DNA of 64,000 bases from Methanomassiliicoccales archaeon (GTDB lineage: Archaea; Thermoplasmatota; Thermoplasmata; Methanomassiliicoccales; UBA472), in assembly GCA_028682895.1 (NCBI GenBank), contig JAJRAK010000029.1:7156-71155 (forward strand), given 5' to 3'. Shown piece by piece: positions 19,119 to 27,682 of the stretch (the stretch's first letter is position 1; every line of letters starts with the position of its first letter). The position numbers were made by a program, and so were the translations under genes. The notes under the pieces were generated by a model. That model had not been told where the DNA came from, ran no database searches, and saw nothing but the letters and a program-made list of their open reading frames with translations.

Positions 19119-19310
19119 CAATGTAACAGGTCGAATAGAAATGCTTGCGAAATGAGGTCGGTTCGGCATGCCAGCCCTCGAACTTCCATTGGGAATGTCC
19201 GTGTTTCATGCCATTCAGGCGGCACGGATGCATTGAATAACAAAAAACACATTAACCTCCCGAGACCGGTGTATCCTGGCCTCATAACAGGACGTTCGGG
19301 AACGATCTTC

Positions 19311-20141
19311 ATGGACCTTTTCGGCGGGAAGAGGACGGACAAGGCGCAGGAGTCTAAGCGCATCAAGGACATCCAGCAGTTGATCCGCGATGTCGCCGGG
19401 GATGTGGACGAAGAGCGCGTTGACGTCACCGAGGTCCATGAGATGATGAAGGCCAAGCAGGCGCAACAGACCGCCGAGACCAAGGAGGTCCAGGCCGCTC
19501 CAGCACCGACCCCGAGGACACAGCCTGCGATCGAACCGCGGAAGATCGAGCCGGCCCCAGGGAAAGAGAGCGTGACCGATGCCACCAGGACGAGCAAGGT
19601 CCCGGAAGAAAGTGGCCTAAAGCTTCCACCCAAGGGATACGTCGAGAGCGTCCCGGAAGAAAAGAGGAACGAACCCGTCCCGCCAGTGAAATTGGGGACT
19701 GCCCCTGAACTTAAGAAGGTGGAGCCGACCCTGGATGTCAAAAAGGTCGAGCCGGAGAAGCGGCGTTCCTATGAACCGGTCTTCTGCATCCATTGTGGCA
19801 CGAGGCTGGCCGAAGATGGTTCCGGATGCCCGAAGTGCCCGGTAAAAAGAGGGTCGGCAGGACCGCCGGTCAGCATGCCTCCGAGGCCTTCGCCTGTTCC
19901 TCAGCAACAGCCGAGGACCGTACCTATGGCTCCAGCACCGCAACGACCGGTGTTCTGCATATATTGCGGCACACGGTTGCCACAGGACGGTTCGGGATGC
20001 GCCAAATGCTTCAGCCAGAGATGGCGCAGATGCCAGAGCTGCGGTGCTTGGGTCAGGGCCACGGACATATCATGTCCGGTCTGTCACAGGGTCCTGTCTA
20101 TCGAGCCGGGAAGGAACGATGACCGTTATATGAGGCGTTGA
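19311..20141 (+). CDS. Triple zinc-ribbon protein with charged N-terminal helix and Pro-rich linker, 277 aa
   Basis: Three CxxC-x10-12-CxxC units: FCIHCGTRLAEDGSGCPKCP, FCIYCGTRLPQDGSGCAKCF and CQSCGAWVRATDISCPVCH. I chose the start at MDLFGGKR (ATG 19311); the longer ORF from 19152 would run into the divergent promoter. Confidence 0.65.
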   Translation: MDLFGGKRTDKAQESKRIKDIQQLIRDVAGDVDEERVDVTEVHEMMKAKQAQQTAETKEVQAAPAPTPRTQPAIEPRKIEPAPGKESVTDATRTSKVPEESGLKLPPKGYVESVPEEKRNEPVPPVKLGTAPELKKVEPTLDVKKVEPEKRRSYEPVFCIHCGTRLAEDGSGCPKCPVKRGSAGPPVSMPPRPSPVPQQQPRTVPMAPAPQRPVFCIYCGTRLPQDGSGCAKCFSQRWRRCQSCGAWVRATDISCPVCHRVLSIEPGRNDDRYMRR

Positions 20142-20147
20142 AGGATA

Positions 20148-21068
20148 TTATGATCTCGTCCTTCGGACCTTGGTGCCCGTCTGCCCTTCCGCCGTCCTTC
20201 TGATGACCTTGATCAGAGATCCGTATCCGCCGACGGCATAATCGATGCACACCTGACCCTTGTCGGTGACGGAGACTGGCACGAGATCACCTTCGCTCCC
20301 TTCGGTCCGCATCCCACTGACGATCACCTCGACCGTCCCCTTCATCCCTTTCGGCCGCTGTTCCTCGAGCACCTTGGCCACCTCAGGATAGTTTGCTCTC
20401 AGGAACTCGCCTGCGGTCTTTTGAACATCCTTATCAGCGATATCGATCCTGCCCACCAGGTCGAACTTGGTCAGAACGATCACCGGACAGGGGACGCATT
20501 TGCATGAACCATCCCTGATATCCCTGGCCTTGAGCCTCATCATGACACCGATGAGCGAGGCGTTGAGGGCATCCGCCTTTTGAAGGGACGACCGGTCGTC
20601 GCCCTTTCCTGCCTTCACCATGCTGGCATCGAGAAGAAGAACTACGATGGTGCCCCGGAGCGCGTCCAAGAGGTCCTCGCTGAGCGCCCCTGGGTCGAAA
20701 TGACCGCTGTCGGGGCCGGTCATCCCTTCCAAGGCCCTGGCATCCCTTTTTCCGACCTCGACCGCCTCGACGGTGACAGTACTGAACTCCTTGGATGGTA
20801 GCAGCCCGAGGAAGCGGCCTTTTCGAAAGCCGATGTCCATCGTACAATCGGCAATGCCCTGCTTCCGTTCGTTCGAAGGCCATCTTTTGGAAATAAGGTC
20901 AAGCCTGACGTCCCCCAGGCATTTGGCCGTACGAGGATCGCAGATGAAGCGGACCTCATCCTTCCCCTCGTTCCCTTTGGCAGTGGTCATTTGCACCAGC
21001 GTCTCATATAGAAGACCGAGGAAGACCGTCCTACCGCACCCTTCCACCCCGACGACCGTGACCTTCAT
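20148..21068 (-). CDS. Paralog of GTPase-A with degenerate catalytic motifs, 306 aa ('GTPase-B')
   Basis: N-terminus MKVTVVGVEGCGRTVFLGLLYE aligns to MPVAIFGDRSCGKTIFLSLLYE of GTPase-A, with Walker Lys replaced by Arg. VLTKFDLV is retained. There is no DxxG at the aligned G3 position. ATG 21068 lies ~29 nt from the TATA-like box at 21093-21102. Confidence 0.7.
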   Translation of the reverse strand: MKVTVVGVEGCGRTVFLGLLYETLVQMTTAKGNEGKDEVRFICDPRTAKCLGDVRLDLISKRWPSNERKQGIADCTMDIGFRKGRFLGLLPSKEFSTVTVEAVEVGKRDARALEGMTGPDSGHFDPGALSEDLLDALRGTIVVLLLDASMVKAGKGDDRSSLQKADALNASLIGVMMRLKARDIRDGSCKCVPCPVIVLTKFDLVGRIDIADKDVQKTAGEFLRANYPEVAKVLEEQRPKGMKGTVEVIVSGMRTEGSEGDLVPVSVTDKGQVCIDYAVGGYGSLIKVIRRTAEGQTGTKVRRTRS

Positions 21069-21092
21069 CCAGGTAAGGATGTGCGTGTGTTC

Positions 21093-21102
21093 GTTTATAT
21101 GA
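21093..21102 (-). promoter_or_regulatory. TATA-like box for GTPase-B
   Basis: The minus strand reads TCATATAAAC, centred ~29 nt upstream of ATG 21068. This supports the internal start over the 358-aa ORF. Confidence 0.4.
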
Positions 21103-21332
21103 TTAGGTCGCCACCCCTGCCAATGTATTCGTTCTAGAACGCTAGGAGGCTGCCGATCAGAAAGTACGGGCCTGGACGTCCATCGCGATGATGTCGGTCC
21201 TGCCGGACATCTCGATCGTATCAAAGGCTGGGCTACCTATCTTGCCCGGGGACGTGTTCATGGACCGCCCTCCTAGAGCATTAAAAAGATTCACAATCAT
21301 TAAACACTCAAAAGGGTGATGATAACACTGAC

Positions 21333-23243
21333 ATGAAGCTCCTTGGCAGAGTGCTCTCACAATATCTCATAATCGGCCTTGTTGTGATATTGATAATGAG
21401 CGCTGTGCTCTCTTCCATCCTAAGGGACCAGGAGATCGATGATATCTCAGATGATACCATGGAATCACTGGAGTCCATCGATTTCGCCCTGAGCACGTTC
21501 ATAGAGAGCGTGGAACAGGATGTATTGGGGCTATCGATGTACGAGGACGTCCTCACCCCTTACGATGACAACTTCACCAGTTTCCTGAACGCCACCGGGG
21601 CGAACTTCACCTATTCTGACGACCCGCTGGAGCTGAAGATCGTGGAGATCTTCAGATCCTTCCAGCAATCTCACCCTTACGTCAACTCCGTATACATGGG
21701 AAGGGAGAACGGGGCCTTCGTCAGGTCATACCCCCGGGCAGAGCCGACGCAATACGACCCCCGGAACAGACCATGGTATGAGATCGCGTTGGAGAACCCG
21801 GGCGAGATAGTGAGGACCGCCCCATATTCGTCCGTGACAACTGATGATGTGAACATCGGCATCGTCATCACCATATACGATACGAACGAGACCCTCCTTG
21901 GCGTGGTCGGATGCGATATCACCCTCGAGGAACTGACCGATTATGTCGTTTCCACCGGGGGGACCAACGACGGGAGCATGATACTCATAGATGGATCGGG
22001 GACCATCTTGGCATATGAGAACGAATCGTACCTGTTCGAGAATATCAGCGCTGTACTGGGCCTTTCGACGAAAGACATCCTGGATGCTGAGAACGGAAGC
22101 ATCCATGTGAACGATTCCTATCTGGTGTTCTACACCTCCCCACAGCTGGGATGGAAGCTCGGGAGCATGATCCCGTCGGTCGTCATAGAGGAGAAGATCA
22201 ACGACCAGGTGATGACCACGTTCTTGTTCGTCATACTGACGCTCGCCCTCATCAGCATCATCACCCTCATCCTGATCCATTACACCATCATCCGACCGCT
22301 GGGCGCCCTGACCGGTACGAGCGAGATGATCGCTGAGACGGGTGATCTGAGCAACAAGATAGAGGTCCATGGATCGGGGGAGATCGAGATACTGGGCCGG
22401 TCCTTCGCTTCGATGATGGAAAGGTTGAGCTCGGAGAAGGAAAAAAGGACCGAGGTGCTCAAAGAGCTGGAGCTCTATCGTGACCATCTGGAGGAGATCG
22501 TCGAGGTAAGAACGCACGAGCTGGAGAAGGCCAAGGAGGCGGCTGAGTCGGCCGACCACCTTAAATCGGCCTTCCTGGCCACCATGTCCCACGAGCTTCG
22601 CACCCCATTGAACTCGATCATCGGCTTCTCCGGCATCCTGTTACAGGAACTGGCCGGACCATTGAACGAAGAACAGAGGAGACAGCTCAGTATGGTGGAG
22701 GGAAGCTCCGAGCACCTCCTTGCGCTCATAAACGATGTGCTGGACATATCCAAGATCGAAGCGGGCCAGCTGACCATCTCCATGGCCCCGGTGAGCGTTC
22801 CCGATTCCATAGATAAGGTGGCGCGCACCATCCGTCCTTTGGCCGAGCGGAAGGGACTAAAGCTCGAGACCGTTGTAGATCGAAACATCAGCAATATCAA
22901 GGGAGACGGCCGCAGGGTGGAGCAGGTGCTCCTCAACCTGCTATCGAACGCTATCAAGTTCACCGACCAAGGCCGCGTCGGTGTGGAATGCGAGCAGGTG
23001 GGTGACGAGATCGTGATCAAGGTCAGCGACACCGGCATCGGCATCAGCAAAGAGGACCAGAACAAACTGTTCAAGCCGTTCAGCCAGGTGGAGTCGGGAT
23101 TGACCAGGCACTATGATGGTACTGGACTGGGACTGTCGATAACCAAAAAGCTCGTCGAGATGATGGATGGCAGGATAAGCATGGAGAGCGAACCGGGGAA
23201 GGGGAGCGTGTTCATCGTTACCTTCCCTGTCATAAGAACGTAA
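21333..23243 (+). CDS. Sensor histidine kinase (TM, dCache-like domain, TM, HAMP, HisKA, HATPase_c)
   Basis: Cache-like block [16 protein letters not shown]...RPWY...[12 protein letters not shown]-box [17 protein letters not shown]-box [13 protein letters not shown]-boxes DTGIGI and GTGLGLSI. Confidence 0.9.
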   Translation: MKLLGRVLSQYLIIGLVVILIMSAVLSSILRDQEIDDISDDTMESLESIDFALSTFIESVEQDVLGLSMYEDVLTPYDDNFTSFLNATGANFTYSDDPLELKIVEIFRSFQQSHPYVNSVYMGRENGAFVRSYPRAEPTQYDPRNRPWYEIALENPGEIVRTAPYSSVTTDDVNIGIVITIYDTNETLLGVVGCDITLEELTDYVVSTGGTNDGSMILIDGSGTILAYENESYLFENISAVLGLSTKDILDAENGSIHVNDSYLVFYTSPQLGWKLGSMIPSVVIEEKINDQVMTTFLFVILTLALISIITLILIHYTIIRPLGALTGTSEMIAETGDLSNKIEVHGSGEIEILGRSFASMMERLSSEKEKRTEVLKELELYRDHLEEIVEVRTHELEKAKEAAESADHLKSAFLATMSHELRTPLNSIIGFSGILLQELAGPLNEEQRRQLSMVEGSSEHLLALINDVLDISKIEAGQLTISMAPVSVPDSIDKVARTIRPLAERKGLKLETVVDRNISNIKGDGRRVEQVLLNLLSNAIKFTDQGRVGVECEQVGDEIVIKVSDTGIGISKEDQNKLFKPFSQVESGLTRHYDGTGLGLSITKKLVEMMDGRISMESEPGKGSVFIVTFPVIRT

Positions 23244-23298
23244 AAAATCAGCAAATGATTTATAAATATTACAAGGCATGATAATAATGGGGGTTGGG

Positions 23299-23694
23299 TC
23301 CGTGAACAAAACGAAGATACTGTACATAGAGGACAATGACCAAAACTTCTATCTGGTCCATTTCATCCTAAATGCCAATGGTTTTGATGTTCTCAGAGGT
23401 CGCGATGGCAAGGAAGGTATCGACCTGGCCACGACCATATCACCGGACGTGATATTGCTGGACATACAGTTACCGGTCATGGACGGATATGCTATCGCCC
23501 GCGAGCTGAGAAGACTTCCGGCGACGTCCGTCACACCGATCATTGCCCTCACCTCCTATGCTATGGCCGGGGACCGCGATAAGGCCATGGCCGCCGGATG
23601 CACTGGATACATAGAGAAGCCCATCAACCCGAAGACGTTCATCGACCAGATCAGCAGATACCTGTCATCGCACAATACGGGAGTTGACCGATGA
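23299..23694 (+). CDS. Single-domain response regulator (CheY-like receiver)
   Basis: KILYIEDND...VILLDIQLPVMDG...IIALTSYAM...GYIEKP. A GTG at 23299 lies ~30 nt downstream of TTTATAAATA (23259-23268). The ATG at 23278 is an alternative start. Confidence 0.85.
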   Translation, partial: SVNKTKILYIEDNDQNFYLVHFILNANGFDVLRGRDGKEGIDLATTISPDVILLDIQLPVMDGYAIARELRRLPATSVTPIIALTSYAMAGDRDKAMAAGCTGYIEKPINPKTFIDQISRYLSSHNTGVDR

Positions 23695-24830
23695 ACAATG
23701 CTCTCATCGTCGACGACAACGTACAGAACCTCTACATGCTGGACACGATCCTCAGATCGGCCGGTTACCATGTAGTGATGGCAAAGAACGGCGAAGAGGC
23801 GCTGGATGCTGCCAAGAAGAACCAGCTGGACCTCATCATCTCGGACATCCTGATGCCGGTCATGGACGGCTTCCAGTTCTGTCAAAGATGTAATGCCGAT
23901 GATTCGCTCCGGGACATCCCGTTCATTTTTTACACTGCGACGTACACGGACGAGAAGGACGAGAGGTTCGCCCTGGGCCTGGGAGCGGACAGGTTCCTGA
24001 TCAAACCGATGAAACCGGACCAGTTGCTCGCTGCTATCAAGGAGGTGCGGGAACGACCGCATAGCGAGAGCAAGAAGGTGGCCGAGAACGATCCCACCGT
24101 TCTCAGGGAATATGGCGATATACTGTTCCATAAACTGGAAAAGAAGGTCATGGAACTGGAGAAGGACATCGCCGAGCGCAAGGCGGCCGAGACGGCGTTG
24201 CGGGAGAGCGAGGAGCGCTTCAGGAAGGTCTTCGAGAGCGGTGCGGTCGGGATCGCCATCATCGATCTTTCTGGCAGAGTGACCCGCGCCAACGACGAGC
24301 TATGTGATATGCTGGGGTACGTGGATACCGAGCTGATAGGGATGGACCTGCTGGACATGGCCCATCTGGACCACCGCCAGGACCTTAAAGAGAGCAGCCA
24401 ACGGATGAGGGCGGGTGACATACCGGCATACACCATGCAGGCGCGCTTCATGCGGAAGGACGGTTCCATCGTCTGGTCCCTGCTGAAGGTGTCCATAATG
24501 AACGATGCCGAAGGCCATGCGCAATATTATCTCGCCTTCGCCAGCGATATCACCGAGTACAAGATAATGCGGGAAAGGGAAAGACAGGCCCTGTCCCAGA
24601 TAGAGAGGAACCTGGAACAGCTGGCCACATTGAACGATCAGATACGGAACCCGCTATCGATAATCGTAGCGTTGCTCGCCTGCGAGGAAAGACCTGATAC
24701 CAAACAGAAGATACTCGACGCCGTGCGTTCCATCGACGATATCGTACATGCGCTGGACATAGGATGGTCGGAATCGGCCAAGGTCCGTGAGTTCCTGGAA
24801 AAAAACCAACAGATCAACAGGAGACTGTAG
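23691..24830 (+). CDS. Response regulator receiver + PAS domain protein
   Basis: Receiver motifs ALIVDDN, LIISDILMPVMDG and FLIKP, then a coiled linker and a PAS block (FESGAVGIAIIDLSGRVTRAN...GY...). The ATG overlaps the upstream TGA (ATGA). The stop is TAG at 24828-24830. Confidence 0.85.
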   Translation: MNNALIVDDNVQNLYMLDTILRSAGYHVVMAKNGEEALDAAKKNQLDLIISDILMPVMDGFQFCQRCNADDSLRDIPFIFYTATYTDEKDERFALGLGADRFLIKPMKPDQLLAAIKEVRERPHSESKKVAENDPTVLREYGDILFHKLEKKVMELEKDIAERKAAETALRESEERFRKVFESGAVGIAIIDLSGRVTRANDELCDMLGYVDTELIGMDLLDMAHLDHRQDLKESSQRMRAGDIPAYTMQARFMRKDGSIVWSLLKVSIMNDAEGHAQYYLAFASDITEYKIMRERERQALSQIERNLEQLATLNDQIRNPLSIIVALLACEERPDTKQKILDAVRSIDDIVHALDIGWSESAKVREFLEKNQQINRRL

Positions 24831-25421
24831 ATGGCCAGGGTACTGTGCGTCGACGATAATGTGGAACTGATAGAGGTGCTCATGGAGATGCTGCGCACCT
24901 CCGGTCACGAACCATATCGAGCGCTGGGGGGAGAGGAATGCCTGGAACTTCTAAAGAACGGTAAGTGCACGCCTGACATCATCATGCTGGACCTGATGAT
25001 GCATCCAATGGATGGATGGTCCGTACTGAAGGCGATACGGGAAGATGACCGGTTCGACGCCATACCCGTGATCATCCTTACCGGAAAGTATCCCACCATG
25101 GCCGAGGTGGTCGAATACTGCACCATGTTCGAGGGCTACCTGATGAAGCCGTTCGCCATCGACAGGTTGATGGAAGAGATAGAGGGGGTGCTGCAAAAGG
25201 TGAGGACAAGGGAGGAGGTCATCCGCAGGGCGTCCCAGAAGGGCATGGACCAGAGCATGCTCGACGAGTACAGGAAACTATCCTCCACCGCCATCGTCCT
25301 GTCCCAGTTCGAGACGATAATCACCGACGGGACCTTCACTAGGAAGGTGTTCTCGGGAATGGAGAAGCGGTTGGACAATATCGAGGACTGGCTCACGCAG
25401 CTTGGGGTGCTGGTCCATTGA
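24831..25421 (+). CDS. Response regulator receiver protein with short C-terminal helical extension
   Basis: VLCVDDN, IIMLDLMMHPMDG, VIILTGK, GYLMKPF. The ATG immediately follows the upstream TAG, in the same frame. Confidence 0.8.
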   Translation: MARVLCVDDNVELIEVLMEMLRTSGHEPYRALGGEECLELLKNGKCTPDIIMLDLMMHPMDGWSVLKAIREDDRFDAIPVIILTGKYPTMAEVVEYCTMFEGYLMKPFAIDRLMEEIEGVLQKVRTREEVIRRASQKGMDQSMLDEYRKLSSTAIVLSQFETIITDGTFTRKVFSGMEKRLDNIEDWLTQLGVLVH

Positions 25422-25811
25422 TCAGGTCTGCCGCCTGATCCTTGCCGCCGCCTCGGAATCGATGGTGGCCAGCAGCCGGATCAGACGGGCTCCCTTCTCG
25501 ATCATCTCGTCCTCGGACAGCGTATCGGCCTCCGGGCATAGCTCGTCCAGCACCAGATCCCCGTCCTCGTCCAGGTTCACCGGGTATATGCAACAGCCCA
25601 GCGGACGGGAGGCGTATTCCTTGCACCTCTTCTTTTCCCGGTCGAAGAAGTGGCAATGCCCATCGACGTTCCGCAGGCGGGGTATGCCATCGATCCCTAT
25701 CTCGCAAAAATCAGCGGCCTTGTGCCCGCGCCGTTCCAGCCTGGAGATGTCAGCTTTGCAGAGCTCCATCTTCGTGTCCTGACAGCATTTCTGACAGTGG
25801 GAGCAGCGCAT
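25422..25811 (-). CDS. YkgJ/UPF0153 family cysteine-cluster (putative Fe-S/Zn) protein
   Basis: N-terminal CSHCQKCC motif plus the downstream CHFF...KRCKEY..RP..C..YP pattern. Confidence 0.7.
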   Translation of the reverse strand: MRCSHCQKCCQDTKMELCKADISRLERRGHKAADFCEIGIDGIPRLRNVDGHCHFFDREKKRCKEYASRPLGCCIYPVNLDEDGDLVLDELCPEADTLSEDEMIEKGARLIRLLATIDSEAAARIRRQT

Positions 25812-25856
25812 CGTTTTCCCTTCACGCCGTGGGAATAATTGAACCTTTACCCCGCG

Positions 25857-26432
25857 TCACATCTGCTTTATCATGTTCATGCTCTTGATCTCGAAGCCCA
25901 GGGACTCATAGAGGTGCAGCGCCGTCCTGTTGCTGGCGAACACGTGCAGCGCCAAAGAGCTGAAGTCCGCGGCCTTGGCCAGTGAGATGAGCGCCAGCAT
26001 CATCGCCTTTCCGTATCCTTTCCCGCGGTGCTCGTCCTTGATGAAAACGTCATAGATGAAGGCCTTACGGTCGCTTCCTGGCTCCTCCTTGAACCAGATA
26101 TGACCAGCGACGGTACCGTCGGCCGGGTCCACCGCATTGTAGAAATGATGACCCTCCGTGCTCAATCCCTTGGGAAGCACCCTATCATGCGTTTCCCGGG
26201 ACCGTTTGAGCGATTCGTCCGTCGTCCAATATCCCGCCTTCACGTTCTCCTCGGCATATCTTATGATGCCTGCGACCATCATCTCATTGAAGTCGTCTTC
26301 CGTCATCGGTGACAGGTTGATCTCTACCAATCTCTTCCCCCAGCGTCGGAACATGAATGCATCGGATGATTTATAATTGAAAGGTCTGGGTCCGTTCTTT
26401 GAGAACGATGATGTAAATGATCCGATGGGCAT
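25857..26432 (-). CDS. GNAT family N-acetyltransferase (start uncertain; an internal Met is possible)
   Basis: Acetyl-CoA binding block VFIKDEHRGKGYGKAMMLALISLA. Confidence 0.75.
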   Translation of the reverse strand: MPIGSFTSSFSKNGPRPFNYKSSDAFMFRRWGKRLVEINLSPMTEDDFNEMMVAGIIRYAEENVKAGYWTTDESLKRSRETHDRVLPKGLSTEGHHFYNAVDPADGTVAGHIWFKEEPGSDRKAFIYDVFIKDEHRGKGYGKAMMLALISLAKAADFSSLALHVFASNRTALHLYESLGFEIKSMNMIKQM

Positions 26433-26495
26433 CTTACAAAAATAAGGTGATGAAGAACAGTAAAAAGGTTTATAAGGAAAGAATTGAGGGCTTGT

Positions 26496-26705
26496 TCAGC
26501 CCTTGAAGCAGCGGTACACCCAGTACTCTTTGCCGTCAACGTTGATCTTCTCGGGCTTGGCCCTCGGGTCTCCAACGGAGTAGTACGGCGGGAAGTTCGG
26601 GTTGGCCTTGGTGACACGCAGTGCGTCCTTCTCGTCCTTGAATTTCTTCTTTACCTCTTCAGCGACCTTGTCCGGTACACCGAAGGTGAGTTCTACGTCA
26701 ACCAT
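26496..26705 (-). CDS. Small Lys-rich hypothetical protein, 69 aa
   Basis: The ATG is preceded by GGAGGAAATCAC (a Shine-Dalgarno-like GGAGG ~8 nt upstream). No recognisable domain. Confidence 0.5.
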   Translation of the reverse strand: MVDVELTFGVPDKVAEEVKKKFKDEKDALRVTKANPNFPPYYSVGDPRAKPEKINVDGKEYWVYRCFKG

Positions 26706-26850
26706 GTGATTTCCTCCTTGTGGGCGGCTTTCACCGTCATCATGGTCAACGCCCTCCTAGGGGTATAAGGCTTTGTTACACGAACGTGCAACCAGTTCCA
26801 TATGGGAGATACCAGTGACCCGCTCGTGCATCCGATGACGGCCGAACGCA

Positions 26851-27138
26851 TCAGGGACCGGCGTGGGCGGTCTGCTGAATAAGGTCCAGATTGATGCTGC
26901 GGGCGGAGAGACGATAGACGATCTCCTTGCTGTCCTCGCTATACAATTTCACCAGGAAGTTGCACTTGTAGAGGACCTCCAGCTCGCGGTATATGGTCGT
27001 CCTCTCCCTGCGATCGGGGAACCTCTCGTTGTATGCCTTGTACACGTTCACCGCTGAGGACTCTCCCTCGGCCAGCACTTTCAATATATTCAGGCGCGTG
27101 TCGGAGGACAGCGCCTTGGCCACTTCCTCGATCTCCAT
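26851..27138 (-). CDS. ArsR-type winged-helix transcriptional regulator
   Basis: SSDTRLNILKVLAEGESSAVNVYKAY...TIYRELEVLYKCNFL fits the ArsR/SmtB HTH layout. Confidence 0.7.
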   Translation of the reverse strand: MEIEEVAKALSSDTRLNILKVLAEGESSAVNVYKAYNERFPDRRERTTIYRELEVLYKCNFLVKLYSEDSKEIVYRLSARSINLDLIQQTAHAGP

Positions 27139-27186
27139 CTCGGCGGAGCATGGCTTTCCCGGTTAATAAGCGTTGGACCCGAACCA

Positions 27187-27648
27187 TCATCGGTGCCTGG
27201 TCAGTGTGAGGAAGTTGAAGGGCATGTCGTTGAGCATCACCTTCTCCCGGCCGATGATGCTGAAACCTGCCTTCTGGTAGGTGTGGAGCGCCCGCCGGTT
27301 CAGCTCCCATACCCTTATTATGAAAACCTCGTGGTCGTACTTGGAACGGGCGAGGTCCAGGCTCGCCTGCATGAAGGCCGCGCCATTGCCCTTCCCGGTC
27401 AGGTCCGGTCGCATGGTCAGCCCGATCTCCAACCCCCTCTCCGTCGACGTGAAGGAGAACTCGCCGACCAGTTCGTCCCCGTCGAGCACGGCGTATATGC
27501 TCCTCCAGTTGTCCGGATCGGTCACGTCCCATTCCTCTTCGGCCCAGTTGCGCATGCTGTAGAAGGAGTATATTCCATCGAAGCACCAATCGAGTATCTT
27601 CTGGGCATGGTCCCCGTTCATCGGCACGGTCCTGAGGTCCATGCGCAT
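27187..27648 (-). CDS. GNAT family N-acetyltransferase
   Basis: Motif A-like MRPDLTGKGNGAAFMQASLDLA and C-terminal ALHTYQKAGF. Confidence 0.8.
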   Translation of the reverse strand: MRMDLRTVPMNGDHAQKILDWCFDGIYSFYSMRNWAEEEWDVTDPDNWRSIYAVLDGDELVGEFSFTSTERGLEIGLTMRPDLTGKGNGAAFMQASLDLARSKYDHEVFIIRVWELNRRALHTYQKAGFSIIGREKVMLNDMPFNFLTLTRHR

Positions 27649-27682
27649 GGATGGTCCTGATGATTGATTTCATTTATCATCA

